DNA from: a virus
Taxonomy: Duplodnaviria; Caudoviricetes
Strand: one strand, 5' to 3'
IMG/VR virus record: IMGVR_UViG_3300037855_000079
Coordinates: 1-37,528 of that record
DNA: 37,528 nt
The notes beneath the pieces are model-generated. The model saw nothing but the letters and a program-made list of their open reading frames with translations, was not told where the DNA came from and did not search any database. Each line of letters opens with the position of its first letter. Within the stretch, counting starts at the first letter, position 1. Below, in pieces: positions 1 through 9,285 of the stretch. The translations under genes were made by a program, and so were the position numbers.

Positions 1-3000
1 CTAGCGCTGTTCCACCATAACTGCGCGAGGGCCACGCCGATTAAAAGCGATGTTACACTTGGCGTTGTCCCCTCTGGATAGTAGCTCCCAGGACTCAGGA
101 TCACTCTCGCTTCGCGAAGCAAAGATCCCACGAGGAAATGGAGGTATATTAATAAAAGCGTATCCTTCCTCTTTCCGGGCGATTGTTCCGTTGAATTCCG
201 AGGGACCACCCTCTTTCTCAACAAATGTGTCAGCTCGAGTTCTGAACCGTCCTGGAGCGCGCTCATTCAGGTTGCCGAACGCCTGTTCTGCGGAGGAATA
301 TTCACCTGTTAAAAAAAGCTGGCGTGCATACCAGAATTGCGCTTCAAATTGATTGTCACCTTCAGTGAAACCTCTTCGCAGATGCTCAATCGCCGCCACA
401 TCGCCGGTTTCGAGCATTATCCGACCGAGCTGTAGGTGGGCAATCTTGCTAGAAGGGTTGTCTTGGAGGCATTTTTCAAGGACTTCAAGCGACTGGTCGA
501 CTTGGCCAGACTGAAAATATCTGCGAGCCAAGCGTACCGCGAGCCAATCTTGCCTCGGATTCGAGCTAAATGCCTTCTCTAGAACCCTTTGCGCGCGATC
601 TCCCTGATTGAGAATATCCCTAAAGGTAGCTTCTGCGGCCAATAGATCCGCGTTTTCTGGGTGCAATTGTAGACCTGATTGAATTGCTGTCTCTGCTTCC
701 TTCGCCGCATTCAATAGTGCTCGGGAAGGTGGATCATCGTTATCCGTGGCTAAGGTATCTGACAACTCTCGGAACTCATCTATCGCTACCCGAGCCTTAG
801 TGTAATAGTCGTATTCGCTCAGTCTGTTCGCAAAATTGCCGAGCTTCTCCCTAGTTGCGCGGCGTAGCGCCTGTTTGCGTAACGGGTCTGTAGTCTCGTT
901 AGCGAGCCGGCGAGAAATTTCCGCCTGTGTGTGTTGAATGCTGTGGTTTGTCGGATTTAATTCAGAAGCACGGGCGGCGGCTGTCTCAGCTTGACTAAGA
1001 GATCCTCCCGGGTGCTGCATCTCAAATACTGCTCTTTGATGAAACACAAACGGGTCGTTGGGTGACGCATCTTGAACTCGATCATAAAAAAGTCTGCCAA
1101 GCTCAATGTTCGAAAACAATTCTACGATCCCCCGTCCGCGGATCATTCGTGCGAATGTTTCCCGATCAGAGGAATAGTCTACATTGATCGCAAGCAGGAG
1201 CCGCGCGAGAAGGTCGAACCTATCGTCGGCAGCTGGTAACACCCTATTGAATAGAATTTCGGCCACATGCCGATGGCGGCTGGTGTAGTGGATGTCTTTG
1301 GAGTGGTTGTCTTCAACGATTTGCACGACATTTCGAAGTGGTAAAATGAAATCCTTTGTAAACTGCTCAAATCCAATACCAGACGCGCGGGAAATAAGAC
1401 CAGCTCTGACCGGTGCTCCAAACTGATGAAGTGCGCAAATGTCCAAGTAAAGTTCTCTGGCCGTAGCAGGTTCAATCCTGCGGAATTCATCAAACAGAAT
1501 GTCTTCGAAAGGGGTGCCTAATGTTGCTTCATGCAAAGCAACCAAGAGCTGTCGCTCGGCTCTTTGCGTAAAGGCTCGTATCCGATCTTCTTTCGAATAT
1601 GTCTCCAGGAGACCCAATGCACGATGCCGCTCAAGCAAAGTTAGTAGATCCCTTATCTCACTCTCACTAAGATATCTGACTGAGAAATCCTGGATAAGAA
1701 ATGGCTCCAACTGATCGCAATACATGCTCCATTCGTTGTCCCTTTCAGAGCCAATAATAGTCAACGGAATAGATCTTGACCGAGCTGAGCTGAGCAAGTC
1801 TCTTAATTCATTTCTGACAAGCGCCACGTGATCGACAAACAGATAGATCCGCTTGCCAGTCAGGCGATGGACTTCAGCGATTGGGTCAACTCGAATCCCA
1901 GCAGAGCTATCGACATAAAAGACCAACTGGTCATATGTGACGCCAGCCTCCCACGCTATTCGTTTGAGCGCCACCGTCTTTCCGTTTCCTGCTGGCCCTT
2001 TAAGCAAAAACAGTTCGACCTGCTTCCGATCTTCATCAGCAAGCAGAACTGCATCGACAAGGACAGAATCCGTTATCGCGCGCTTAGCATCCAGATTCTG
2101 TACGATGCTGCCAAAGCCGTTGTCATAGCCATTATAGAATTTGCTCGCCTCTTGGGGACTTGGCACTAGTCCGGAATGGATATGATGCGCATCAGTTTCA
2201 AGATATGTGAGAACCAATTGCGACTCTTCGGCATCACGAACTCGGTAATGTCTCCGGATCGATAGCTCTCCACCTCCAACGCTAATTGGTAACGCACGCG
2301 CGATTTCCGGAATGGCGTTGTCAAGAGATTCTAGGAAATTTTGTAGGGTAGCCTTGATACAGACTACATTGTACCCAGCCCAGTATCTTATCTCAAGGTC
2401 GCTCAGGTCTGGTGATATCATATAGTACGGTGGGCGAGCTATTTGCTGGTCGGTAAGATCAAATAGAAAGCGCTGAATATGTGGATCTGAGATCGAGTAC
2501 CCCGCAAATATAATGGGATAATCCATACCAAGATCCCGAAACCGAGCATAAAAGCGCGTTCTATTTTTCTCGTAACTCGCATATTGCTCACTCCCCAATA
2601 TTAGAGGGATGTCTAATTCAGCAGAATGATCAATGCACCCGTGTAACTTATAAAACCCTACGGGATTGGTTTCTCTTGACAGACGAGTATCAAAACTATC
2701 CCCATCCTTTACGGTCTTAACAATATTCTGAGGTGACGTTGGCTCTGATTCGTAGGCCTTTTCAACGATCAAATCAAAGTTGGTTGTGGCGATTAGACGC
2801 CAACGGAATTTCGGTATGATCCGATGGAAATCGGCAGGTTCATACGGTAAAAATAAATCGCGGATAAACAACTGGAATGCAGCTAATCCCGCTTCCTTAG
2901 AAGCAATGGCTGAGACTGTCGTAAGCGGCTTGTCTTTCAACTCGCCGCCCAAAAACTTGTCAGAAATCAAATCGCGAAGAGCGTCTCCCTGAGGAATTTT

Positions 3001-3186
3001 GTGCCCTTTTGGATGCATGGCGCCCCAACTCGCACCTGCCCCGAGAAAGAGAATCGCGCGCTGCTCCTTAACAGAATCTACGAGGACTGGAGGTAAATCG
3101 ACCAATTCAAGGCCCCCTGTTGTATGCTTTTCACTATTCGACTGTAAATCTAACTCCTTATCAACCTCCAATAGCAATTGAAACAT
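1..3186 (-). CDS. SIR2-like domain + STAND-type P-loop NTPase + TPR repeats + C-terminal cold-shock/OB-fold domain; Avs-like antiphage protein candidate
   Basis: SIR2 motifs LFLGAGAS, TTNFD, YKLHG, FAGYS; Walker A GPAGNGKT and Walker B-like IYLFVD; helical TPR-like C-terminal half; last ~65 aa (GYAFI...GIF...GPRA) resemble a cold-shock OB fold. True start may be the TTG at 3105. AT-richer than the phage genes. Confidence 0.85.
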   Translation of the reverse strand: MFQLLLEVDKELDLQSNSEKHTTGGLELVDLPPVLVDSVKEQRAILFLGAGASWGAMHPKGHKIPQGDALRDLISDKFLGGELKDKPLTTVSAIASKEAGLAAFQLFIRDLFLPYEPADFHRIIPKFRWRLIATTNFDLIVEKAYESEPTSPQNIVKTVKDGDSFDTRLSRETNPVGFYKLHGCIDHSAELDIPLILGSEQYASYEKNRTRFYARFRDLGMDYPIIFAGYSISDPHIQRFLFDLTDQQIARPPYYMISPDLSDLEIRYWAGYNVVCIKATLQNFLESLDNAIPEIARALPISVGGGELSIRRHYRVRDAEESQLVLTYLETDAHHIHSGLVPSPQEASKFYNGYDNGFGSIVQNLDAKRAITDSVLVDAVLLADEDRKQVELFLLKGPAGNGKTVALKRIAWEAGVTYDQLVFYVDSSAGIRVDPIAEVHRLTGKRIYLFVDHVALVRNELRDLLSSARSRSIPLTIIGSERDNEWSMYCDQLEPFLIQDFSVRYLSESEIRDLLTLLERHRALGLLETYSKEDRIRAFTQRAERQLLVALHEATLGTPFEDILFDEFRRIEPATARELYLDICALHQFGAPVRAGLISRASGIGFEQFTKDFILPLRNVVQIVEDNHSKDIHYTSRHRHVAEILFNRVLPAADDRFDLLARLLLAINVDYSSDRETFARMIRGRGIVELFSNIELGRLFYDRVQDASPNDPFVFHQRAVFEMQHPGGSLSQAETAAARASELNPTNHSIQHTQAEISRRLANETTDPLRKQALRRATREKLGNFANRLSEYDYYTKARVAIDEFRELSDTLATDNDDPPSRALLNAAKEAETAIQSGLQLHPENADLLAAEATFRDILNQGDRAQRVLEKAFSSNPRQDWLAVRLARRYFQSGQVDQSLEVLEKCLQDNPSSKIAHLQLGRIMLETGDVAAIEHLRRGFTEGDNQFEAQFWYARQLFLTGEYSSAEQAFGNLNERAPGRFRTRADTFVEKEGGPSEFNGTIARKEEGYAFINIPPFPRGIFASRSESDPESWELLSRGDNAKCNIAFNRRGPRAVMVEQR

Positions 3187-3706
3187 GTCCTATAGAATAC
3201 GGCTTGCTTTTAGGGGTTTCACAGCATGAACCTGACCTTTCAGGTATGGTTCGAACGTTCGTTTTCCGCCGTTATTCGGTTTGATCCCCCCTCAAAATAG
3301 GCAGCCCTGAGAGTTCGGAATGCATAAGCTGCGGCCAACGGGAGAACACCGTGGCCAGTTCCGCAGAATCGCTCTACCCAATTGGTCAGCCCATTGCCCA
3401 GTTAGAAGCGTTCGGGCTAGAGGGCCAGCTGCCGGAACAGTAGCGGTTCACAGGCTTCACGGTCTCATCGAACCGGGCGAAACTGTTCTCTTCAAGCCAA
3501 ATAGTGTTCCAGAATCTTATTGCTTGGCCTTAAATGGCGACCGCAAATCATCGACCAAGTGCGTTAAATTCTCTTCTGGTTAGCAACTAGTAATCAGAGC
3601 ATTTCAACATCATAAACCCGGCCGTTTGCTCAATATATCGCGCCAATCTACTTCGAACCCAAATATAAGGCTGATCGAGGTATTGATGATCTTAGACTAC
3701 AACTCA

Positions 3707-4714
3707 TCACCGCTCCCTCTCCAATTCCACCGGCGTTGCATAGCCGTCAACAGATAGCCGCTGGCGAGCGACTTGAACCGACCAGGACCCGCCCAGCTCG
3801 GGCGCTTGCCTAGGTGCGATCAGGCTGATCTTACTCTCCGCGAAAACGTTGTGATTGCCGACCAGCGTTACGCTGGCAGTCTCGCCAGATGCAGTGCCGT
3901 CCTTTAACGCGGCATCAGCCGCCCGTGTGGCTTCCGCTTCGCTCGCATAGGTTCGCGGCAAGACCCGTTGCGGCTCGCCGGACCCGGCAATGTAAGACTG
4001 GCGCGTTGCCTTAGCCTGGTCATGCCAAGTAGCCTTGACCGATTGGAAGTTTCCACGCTCCGGACCCGCCCAGGTGTAGTCAAGGATCTCGTCGGCCGGG
4101 AACTCGATATCGGGAAAAGGAATGCCGCCGATCGACTTCGGAACACCGCGCTCGGTGAACAGCAAACGGCCCATTTTGGGCTTGAAGGATACTCCCAGAT
4201 CGTCGGCCAAACGCGTCAGGAAATTGGCATCGCTTTCCTGTGTCTGGTCGATATGCGGGATCTTGATTTTGGCGATCGTATCGGCAACAGCTGCGATCAG
4301 CTTGTTGCGGCCAGCCACCTCCTTGACGATCTCGCCGACCGTCTTCCTGTCATAGGATTGGGTCCGCTGCTGTTTCAGCGTGCCGCTCATATCAGCCGAG
4401 GTGCCGCTGATAGACAGTTTGTGGCCTTCATCGCCGCTACCGCTGCCGCTGGTTTGCGGTTGGTCGCTGTAGAACATGCCATAGTCGCGGCGGCCTGTTC
4501 CAAGCCAGCCAAACTCACATTCAATCAAGGTACCTTTGGCCGGGATTGGAATGGTGCCGTCCCGAACAACATCGATCTGGATACTGTCGGCTTCCTTGCC
4601 GGAATTGTCGGTGACTTCCACCGTCATCAGCTTGCCGCGTTCAATAAGGTCCACGAGGTAGGAGCTGATATCCTGACCGCCTACAACAACTCGAAAATCC
4701 GGGGTCCGCGCCAT
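3707..4714 (-). CDS. Phage late control D family protein (P2 gpD-like baseplate hub)
   Basis: 335 aa; motifs VTDNSGKEADS and HIDQTQESDANFLTRLA; follows U and X genes. Confidence 0.9.
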   Translation of the reverse strand: MARTPDFRVVVGGQDISSYLVDLIERGKLMTVEVTDNSGKEADSIQIDVVRDGTIPIPAKGTLIECEFGWLGTGRRDYGMFYSDQPQTSGSGSGDEGHKLSISGTSADMSGTLKQQRTQSYDRKTVGEIVKEVAGRNKLIAAVADTIAKIKIPHIDQTQESDANFLTRLADDLGVSFKPKMGRLLFTERGVPKSIGGIPFPDIEFPADEILDYTWAGPERGNFQSVKATWHDQAKATRQSYIAGSGEPQRVLPRTYASEAEATRAADAALKDGTASGETASVTLVGNHNVFAESKISLIAPRQAPELGGSWSVQVARQRLSVDGYATPVELERER

Positions 4715-4717
4715 AGC

Positions 4718-4945
4718 TTACCGGTCCCACGGGTTGACGATCAGCCGGTCTTCCGGCTGGCGCAACGGTTCTATCACCGGCATGAACACGGCTGTGCCAA
4801 TAGGCAAGAATTCCGGAAGGTCTGCAAGGTGACGGTTGTCAAGATGGTCGATCACCCGTTCAACCAGGCGTCCGTCTTGGCGGCCATAGTGCTCAAAGAC
4901 CATGAGTTCGACCGTGTCATCCTGGCGGGCATAGGAGAAGCTCAT
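4718..4945 (-). CDS. Tail protein X (P2 gpX-like, LysM-like)
   Basis: 75 aa, ARQDDTVELMVFEHYG...LPIGTAVFMP pattern, located between U and D. Confidence 0.85.
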   Translation of the reverse strand: MSFSYARQDDTVELMVFEHYGRQDGRLVERVIDHLDNRHLADLPEFLPIGTAVFMPVIEPLRQPEDRLIVNPWDR

Positions 4946-4950
4946 GGCCG

Positions 4951-5331
4951 TCAGTCCTTCGACATCTTGATTTCAAACTCGATCGCGCCGGGGATCGCGT
5001 CAAATTCAATCAAGGTGCTGGTCTTCTTGATTTCCTCGATGCACCAAAGACCCAAAGACCGGCTTCCAAGCAAAAGCGACATGGGTTGACCACGCCCGGC
5101 TTGCTCGGCGATCTGTTCAATCTTGAACGTTCCTTCCGGTTGAAGCTCCGGCCAGATCCCTCCGGAAATGGTGATCTCGGTATCCCCAACGCCCATCCAC
5201 TGTTTGACCGGCCGGGAGCCGATCGGCCTCGGCTTTGCCCAGGAGAACCGCCAGATCTCCTCCAGCTGCTCATAAGACCCGCGCAAAGGCGAAAAGATGA
5301 AACGGGAGAGCGATGCAATCGGCCTGTCCAT
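4951..5331 (-). CDS. Tail protein U (P2 gpU-like)
   Basis: 126 aa; PVKQWMGVGDTEITISG and LGLWCIEEI motifs; start overlaps tape-measure stop. Confidence 0.88.
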   Translation of the reverse strand: MDRPIASLSRFIFSPLRGSYEQLEEIWRFSWAKPRPIGSRPVKQWMGVGDTEITISGGIWPELQPEGTFKIEQIAEQAGRGQPMSLLLGSRSLGLWCIEEIKKTSTLIEFDAIPGAIEFEIKMSKD

Positions 5332-8189
5332 CAGTCTGTCAGCCTCTTGTTGAGTTGCCGGACAAAGGCATCGGCAGCTTTGCGGCCTTGGGCTTCGCTG
5401 GAGCCGCCTCCTTCGATGTGGATCGTGATTTCGAACGAGTTGTAGTTGATCGTTTGCCCGCTCGTTCCGGAGGCAGACGCAGTTTCACCTGTGCTACCGC
5501 CATGAGCCGCAATCTGTGGCAAGAGCGGTGGTGCTGGTTCTGCGGCAACGGCCCCGGTCATGGATGCGGCAGCGACGGTACCGGCCGCCAAACGTCGGCC
5601 CGCTTTGGCGAGGCTCGCCATTTGCCGGAGCTGGCGGTTATGGGCGATGAATTCGCCCTTGGAGCCATACCGAAGCTCTGGCCCGCGTTCGCCGACAAGC
5701 ATAGGGCCGGTTCGGCGCACGGTGCCACCCGTTGCGTAGGCGTCGGTTGTTTCACCAGACGGCTTGGCTGCGGAACCACTCCAGATTGAGGAGATAGACG
5801 GCAATGTGATTGCCCCCGACAAATCTATCTTGCCAAACGCGCTGACAACACGAGACGGGATAGACTTTATGAACTCGATGAACTGATCGAACTTTTGAAC
5901 CGCGCCATCCCAAAGGCTTTGAATGGCCTGTCGGCCTTTCTCTGAGAGGTTGACCTCCGGCACCCATGTAGACCAGTCCAGAACCTCAAACTCCGGCCAG
6001 CTGAATTCCGGGATATATTCATCCCAGCCCATTGGTTTGATGAGAAGCGACCAAAGCAGCTGCCCCGCCAGAAGCGCCCAGCCAATCCCCGGTATCAGCC
6101 GCGCACCCCATTTGAGTGGTGTGATCAGCATCGTCCAGGACAACTTGCCAAGAAGACTGGTCCACTTGAGCGCAGGCAGGAAGGCCCGCCAGGCGATCTT
6201 TGGAATGAAGCTCAGCCATCTCAAGACACTAACAAGACCGCGCCAGGACAGTTTTGTAATGTAAGCGCCCCATTTGAACACTGAGACAAAGGCACTCCAG
6301 ATCAGCTTTGGAATGAACATGGCCCATTTGAGCGGCTTCAGTCCTGTGAGCCCCTTAAAGACCTTGCCCAAGAGCGCCAGCGCACCGCCTGAACGAACGG
6401 CGCTGGCTCCAAGCATGAAGAGCCCGTATTTCAGGCCAGCGCTCCACAGCATGGCCGTTCCTAAGAACGTCAAGAGCGCGCCACCAACAACCAGCAGGCC
6501 CGCGATCGCGATCGCGGTAAAGCCGATCCATTTCGTCAGCCGTGGGTGTTCCTTCATCCAGGCGGCTGTGTCGCGGGCAAGACCGGTCAACAGCTGCGTT
6601 GCCTCGCGCAAGGCCGGATTAAGAGCTTCGCCAAGGGTCAGAGATACTTCGCTGGCGGCTGAATTGAATGCTTTGACATCGCCGGGCAGGTTGTCGCCCA
6701 TCTGCGTGGCGACCCGGTTGGCTTCGCCCTCAACGTTGCCTAGGTCAGAAAGAAGCTTTTTGAAAACCGCAAAACCTTCATCGTCGATCAGTGCCGAGAA
6801 CGCTGATCCGGCTTCCATCCCAATAATGTCCTTGAAGATCTCCTTGCGCTCGGCCGAGCCCATGTTTTGGGTGGCCTCGCCTATCTCCAGCAGCAGGTCC
6901 GGAACGGATCGCAAATTCCCTTCGGCGTCTCGCGCCTGTACACCGATTTTCTTCAAGGCATCCGCACCGGCCTTGGCAGGCGCTGCTAGGCGCTGGTAGA
7001 TCGCGCGCATGGATGTGCCCGCCTGGCTTCCCTGAATGCCGACGTTCCCGAGGAGACCGGCCATAGCGGCGGTTTCCTCCAGTGAAACCCCGAGCGCCTT
7101 AGCTTCCGGGCCAACGTATTTCATGCTCTCGCCCAGCATGGACAGGTTCACGTTGGCGCGCGTCGTGGTGGCGGTCAGCACATCGGCGACCCGTTGCATT
7201 TCACTCGGATCCAGCCCGAACGCTGAGAGAATGTTGGATGAAATGTCAGAGGTCGCGCCGAGATCTGTCTTGGTGGCTTTGGCCAGATCCAGCACATCGG
7301 CAATGGAAGCCGTGATTTGCTCCGGACTGAAACCCGCCATGGCTTGGAATTCCATGGCCGAACCGACCTGTAGAGCGGAGAAACTGGTACTACCGCCAAG
7401 TTCACGGGCAAGTCCGGTCAGCCCTTTATAGGTCTTGCTGTTTTGTGAGACTCGGGCGATGGCCGCCACCGCGTCCATCTGTTCTTCAAAACTGCCATAC
7501 TCCATTGCGGAGTGTTTCACCGGCCGCGCGGCTTGAGCGCCGGCATACATCGTGCCGATACCAGCTGCGCCCATACCAAGGCCGATGCCCGCCATCCGGT
7601 CCCGTTGCGCCCGCCGCTTCTCAGTCAGCCGATCCAGCGCTTGCAGGCGGCGTTCGGTCCGTTTCAGTTCACGGGTTTGAGCTTCAAGGGCTGAGGTAGT
7701 GGAGCGGATGGAACTGCGCGCCGATCGCTGCGCTGAAGCAAGGCCATCTGTTGCAACGTCCGCATCCTTCAGCCGCCGCCGTGCCAGCTCCAGCCGTTCG
7801 TTCTGCTGGCCCAGCTCTTTTTTCAGATGAGACGCTTTGCGCGTGAGTTGCGAGAACTCGGCACCGGTTGTCTTGCCTTCTTTGGCGAGCGCCGAAAGCT
7901 TGCCCTGTGTCTCGGCAAGGCGCTGTTTCAGGGATTGGGATTGGCCTTTGAGACTACGGAACTCATTGATCAGTCGGTTTTGGCTTTGGGCGGCTTTCAG
8001 GGTCTCGCGGGCGGTGGATTTCATGGACCGGCCGAGGCTGTCTGACCCGGCGCTGGCACCGCGCATATCCTTTCGAAGGGTGCGCGCGGTACCGGAGATT
8101 TCCCTCAGGCGGTCACGGGCTTTGGCAGCGGGACCGCGCAACCTGTCCCGAAGTTCAAGAAATACGCGTGCCCTTAGTTCTTGACCCAT
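5331..8189 (-). CDS. Tail tape measure protein (TP901-family core)
   Basis: 952 aa, Ala-rich coiled coil; core motifs ARELGGSTSFSA, LGESMKYVGP, GIQGSQAGTSMR; C-terminal ATGG...VGERGPE. Confidence 0.95.
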   Translation of the reverse strand: MGQELRARVFLELRDRLRGPAAKARDRLREISGTARTLRKDMRGASAGSDSLGRSMKSTARETLKAAQSQNRLINEFRSLKGQSQSLKQRLAETQGKLSALAKEGKTTGAEFSQLTRKASHLKKELGQQNERLELARRRLKDADVATDGLASAQRSARSSIRSTTSALEAQTRELKRTERRLQALDRLTEKRRAQRDRMAGIGLGMGAAGIGTMYAGAQAARPVKHSAMEYGSFEEQMDAVAAIARVSQNSKTYKGLTGLARELGGSTSFSALQVGSAMEFQAMAGFSPEQITASIADVLDLAKATKTDLGATSDISSNILSAFGLDPSEMQRVADVLTATTTRANVNLSMLGESMKYVGPEAKALGVSLEETAAMAGLLGNVGIQGSQAGTSMRAIYQRLAAPAKAGADALKKIGVQARDAEGNLRSVPDLLLEIGEATQNMGSAERKEIFKDIIGMEAGSAFSALIDDEGFAVFKKLLSDLGNVEGEANRVATQMGDNLPGDVKAFNSAASEVSLTLGEALNPALREATQLLTGLARDTAAWMKEHPRLTKWIGFTAIAIAGLLVVGGALLTFLGTAMLWSAGLKYGLFMLGASAVRSGGALALLGKVFKGLTGLKPLKWAMFIPKLIWSAFVSVFKWGAYITKLSWRGLVSVLRWLSFIPKIAWRAFLPALKWTSLLGKLSWTMLITPLKWGARLIPGIGWALLAGQLLWSLLIKPMGWDEYIPEFSWPEFEVLDWSTWVPEVNLSEKGRQAIQSLWDGAVQKFDQFIEFIKSIPSRVVSAFGKIDLSGAITLPSISSIWSGSAAKPSGETTDAYATGGTVRRTGPMLVGERGPELRYGSKGEFIAHNRQLRQMASLAKAGRRLAAGTVAAASMTGAVAAEPAPPLLPQIAAHGGSTGETASASGTSGQTINYNSFEITIHIEGGGSSEAQGRKAADAFVRQLNKRLTD

Positions 8190-8454
8190 TGTCCCGCTCG
8201 GCTTTCTTGGCCGCTTCCAATTGTTCCTGAAGGATCTTCCGGGCGTTCAGCCAGTGGCGGTACAGCTCGGAAAATGGGAGGTCCCGCAGCTCTCCGATCG
8301 TCCACCGGAAAGCTGCGGATATCTCGTAATAGACCTGGTCTAAGTCTTCTGGCCTTGTGACTTGGAAGCCGTCTCCGCTGTTCCACCATTCGGCGAAGTC
8401 GAAGTCGTCTCCTTCACCTTCGCCATGGACGACACATCCAAGTGTTCCAAAAAA
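8155..8454 (-). CDS. Frameshift extension (E'-like) of the tail assembly chaperone, reached by -1 frameshift
   Basis: The -1 frame after T TTT TTG is open to TGA at 8155-8157 and reads ...EISAAFRWTIGELRDLPFSELYRHWLNARK..., matching the P2 GpE' pattern; absent from the ORF track. Confidence 0.85.
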   Translation of the reverse strand, partial: FFGTLGCVVHGEGEGDDFDFAEWWNSGDGFQVTRPEDLDQVYYEISAAFRWTIGELRDLPFSELYRHWLNARKILQEQLEAAKKAERDNGSRTKGTRIS

Positions 8455-8702
8455 GCCGCAAAGCCCATGGCAAGAGCGGTCAGATTGCCGGTGGTCATGC
8501 CTTTGACAACAGCGTTGGAAATGTGCGGCCGGGCGATTTTCGGCACAACATGAGCAAGGGCTTTCACGTTGCCCTCAAACAGGTCCATGGTGGTGAACCG
8601 GCCAAGGTCATTGCCGGTTGGTTCGCGCGTGTAAGTGAGTGTGGTGACAGTCTGTCCGTCGATCGTCAGGGCGGAGGCAAGTTCGACTTCAACTTGGGGC
8701 AT
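8340..8702 (-). CDS. Tail assembly chaperone (P2 gpE / Mu gp41-like)
   Basis: 120 aa between tube and tape measure; REPTGNDL motif; slippery site near the 3' end. Confidence 0.85.
   Translation of the reverse strand: MPQVEVELASALTIDGQTVTTLTYTREPTGNDLGRFTTMDLFEGNVKALAHVVPKIARPHISNAVVKGMTTGNLTALAMGFAAFLEHLDVSSMAKVKETTSTSPNGGTAETASKSQGQKT
8448..8454 (-). other. Programmed -1 ribosomal frameshift slippery heptamer TTTTTTG
   Basis: Plus strand CAAAAAA; in frame as GCT TTT TTG on the minus strand, as in P2 E/E'. Confidence 0.85.
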
Positions 8703-8754
8703 TTTGAAAGGTCCTTAAAAGGGGTTTTAAAGCGGGGTTTAAACGCGCGGGCCG

Positions 8755-9264
8755 TTACCGGCCGAGCGCTGCATTCGTGGCTTCGGTTTCGTCCTCGCCG
8801 TTCATGCGGACGATGTTGTTGCGAAGGTCGATGTACATCTTCTCCGCTCCGGCAAATTCCTCACGGTAGAAGACAAGAGCCATTTCCACGGTCAGCTCGA
8901 TCTGCTCTCCAGCCTTGTGTTCCATACCGAAATCCGGGTTCGTGCACCGGCCCCGGAACTCGTGAACCAGCGAGGAAACATCGCCGGTGAACTCGTCAAT
9001 GAAACTGCCCCGCGCAAAGAGCGTCTTTTGGGCAAGTGTCCGGCTTGGGAGTAACTCGAAGAGCTTCGGGGTCAGCGTGGTGAAGACCATTTCCACACCG
9101 AGTTCTTCAATGCCGTGGAAACTAACAAGGCTCCCCCGGCTGCCGCCCGGTCGGCGGCTTTCGGTCTTGCGCTTGATGATCGGTTTGACGGAAGAGACCG
9201 AGCCGCCCAGATCCATATCGTCGATCCAGACTGTCAGCTCTTCCTGTTGTTTGCCAAATTCCAT
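8755..9264 (-). CDS. Major tail tube protein (P2 FII-like)
   Basis: 169 aa directly after sheath; C-terminal YIDLRNNIVRMNGED pattern. Confidence 0.88.
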   Translation of the reverse strand: MEFGKQQEELTVWIDDMDLGGSVSSVKPIIKRKTESRRPGGSRGSLVSFHGIEELGVEMVFTTLTPKLFELLPSRTLAQKTLFARGSFIDEFTGDVSSLVHEFRGRCTNPDFGMEHKAGEQIELTVEMALVFYREEFAGAEKMYIDLRNNIVRMNGEDETEATNAALGR

Positions 9265-9285
9265 TGGACCGGTTCCTTTCAGAGG

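Noticed and set aside
3214-3260. GTTTCAC (parS-like half site), short ACCTGA/TCAGGT hairpin and GTTC-N4-GTTC (LexA-like)
   Set aside because: The parS palindrome is incomplete, the spacing does not fit the alphaproteobacterial LexA box GTTC-N7-GTTC, and a 6-bp stem is expected by chance.
3320-3583. 87-aa plus-strand ORF between STAND gene and gpD
   Set aside because: No recognisable motif or clear RBS, and opposite to both neighbours; cannot be supported as a gene.
8174-8389. 71-aa minus-strand ORF in the track between chaperone and tape measure
   Set aside because: Wrong frame; the GpE'-like sequence lies in the -1 frame ending at 8155.
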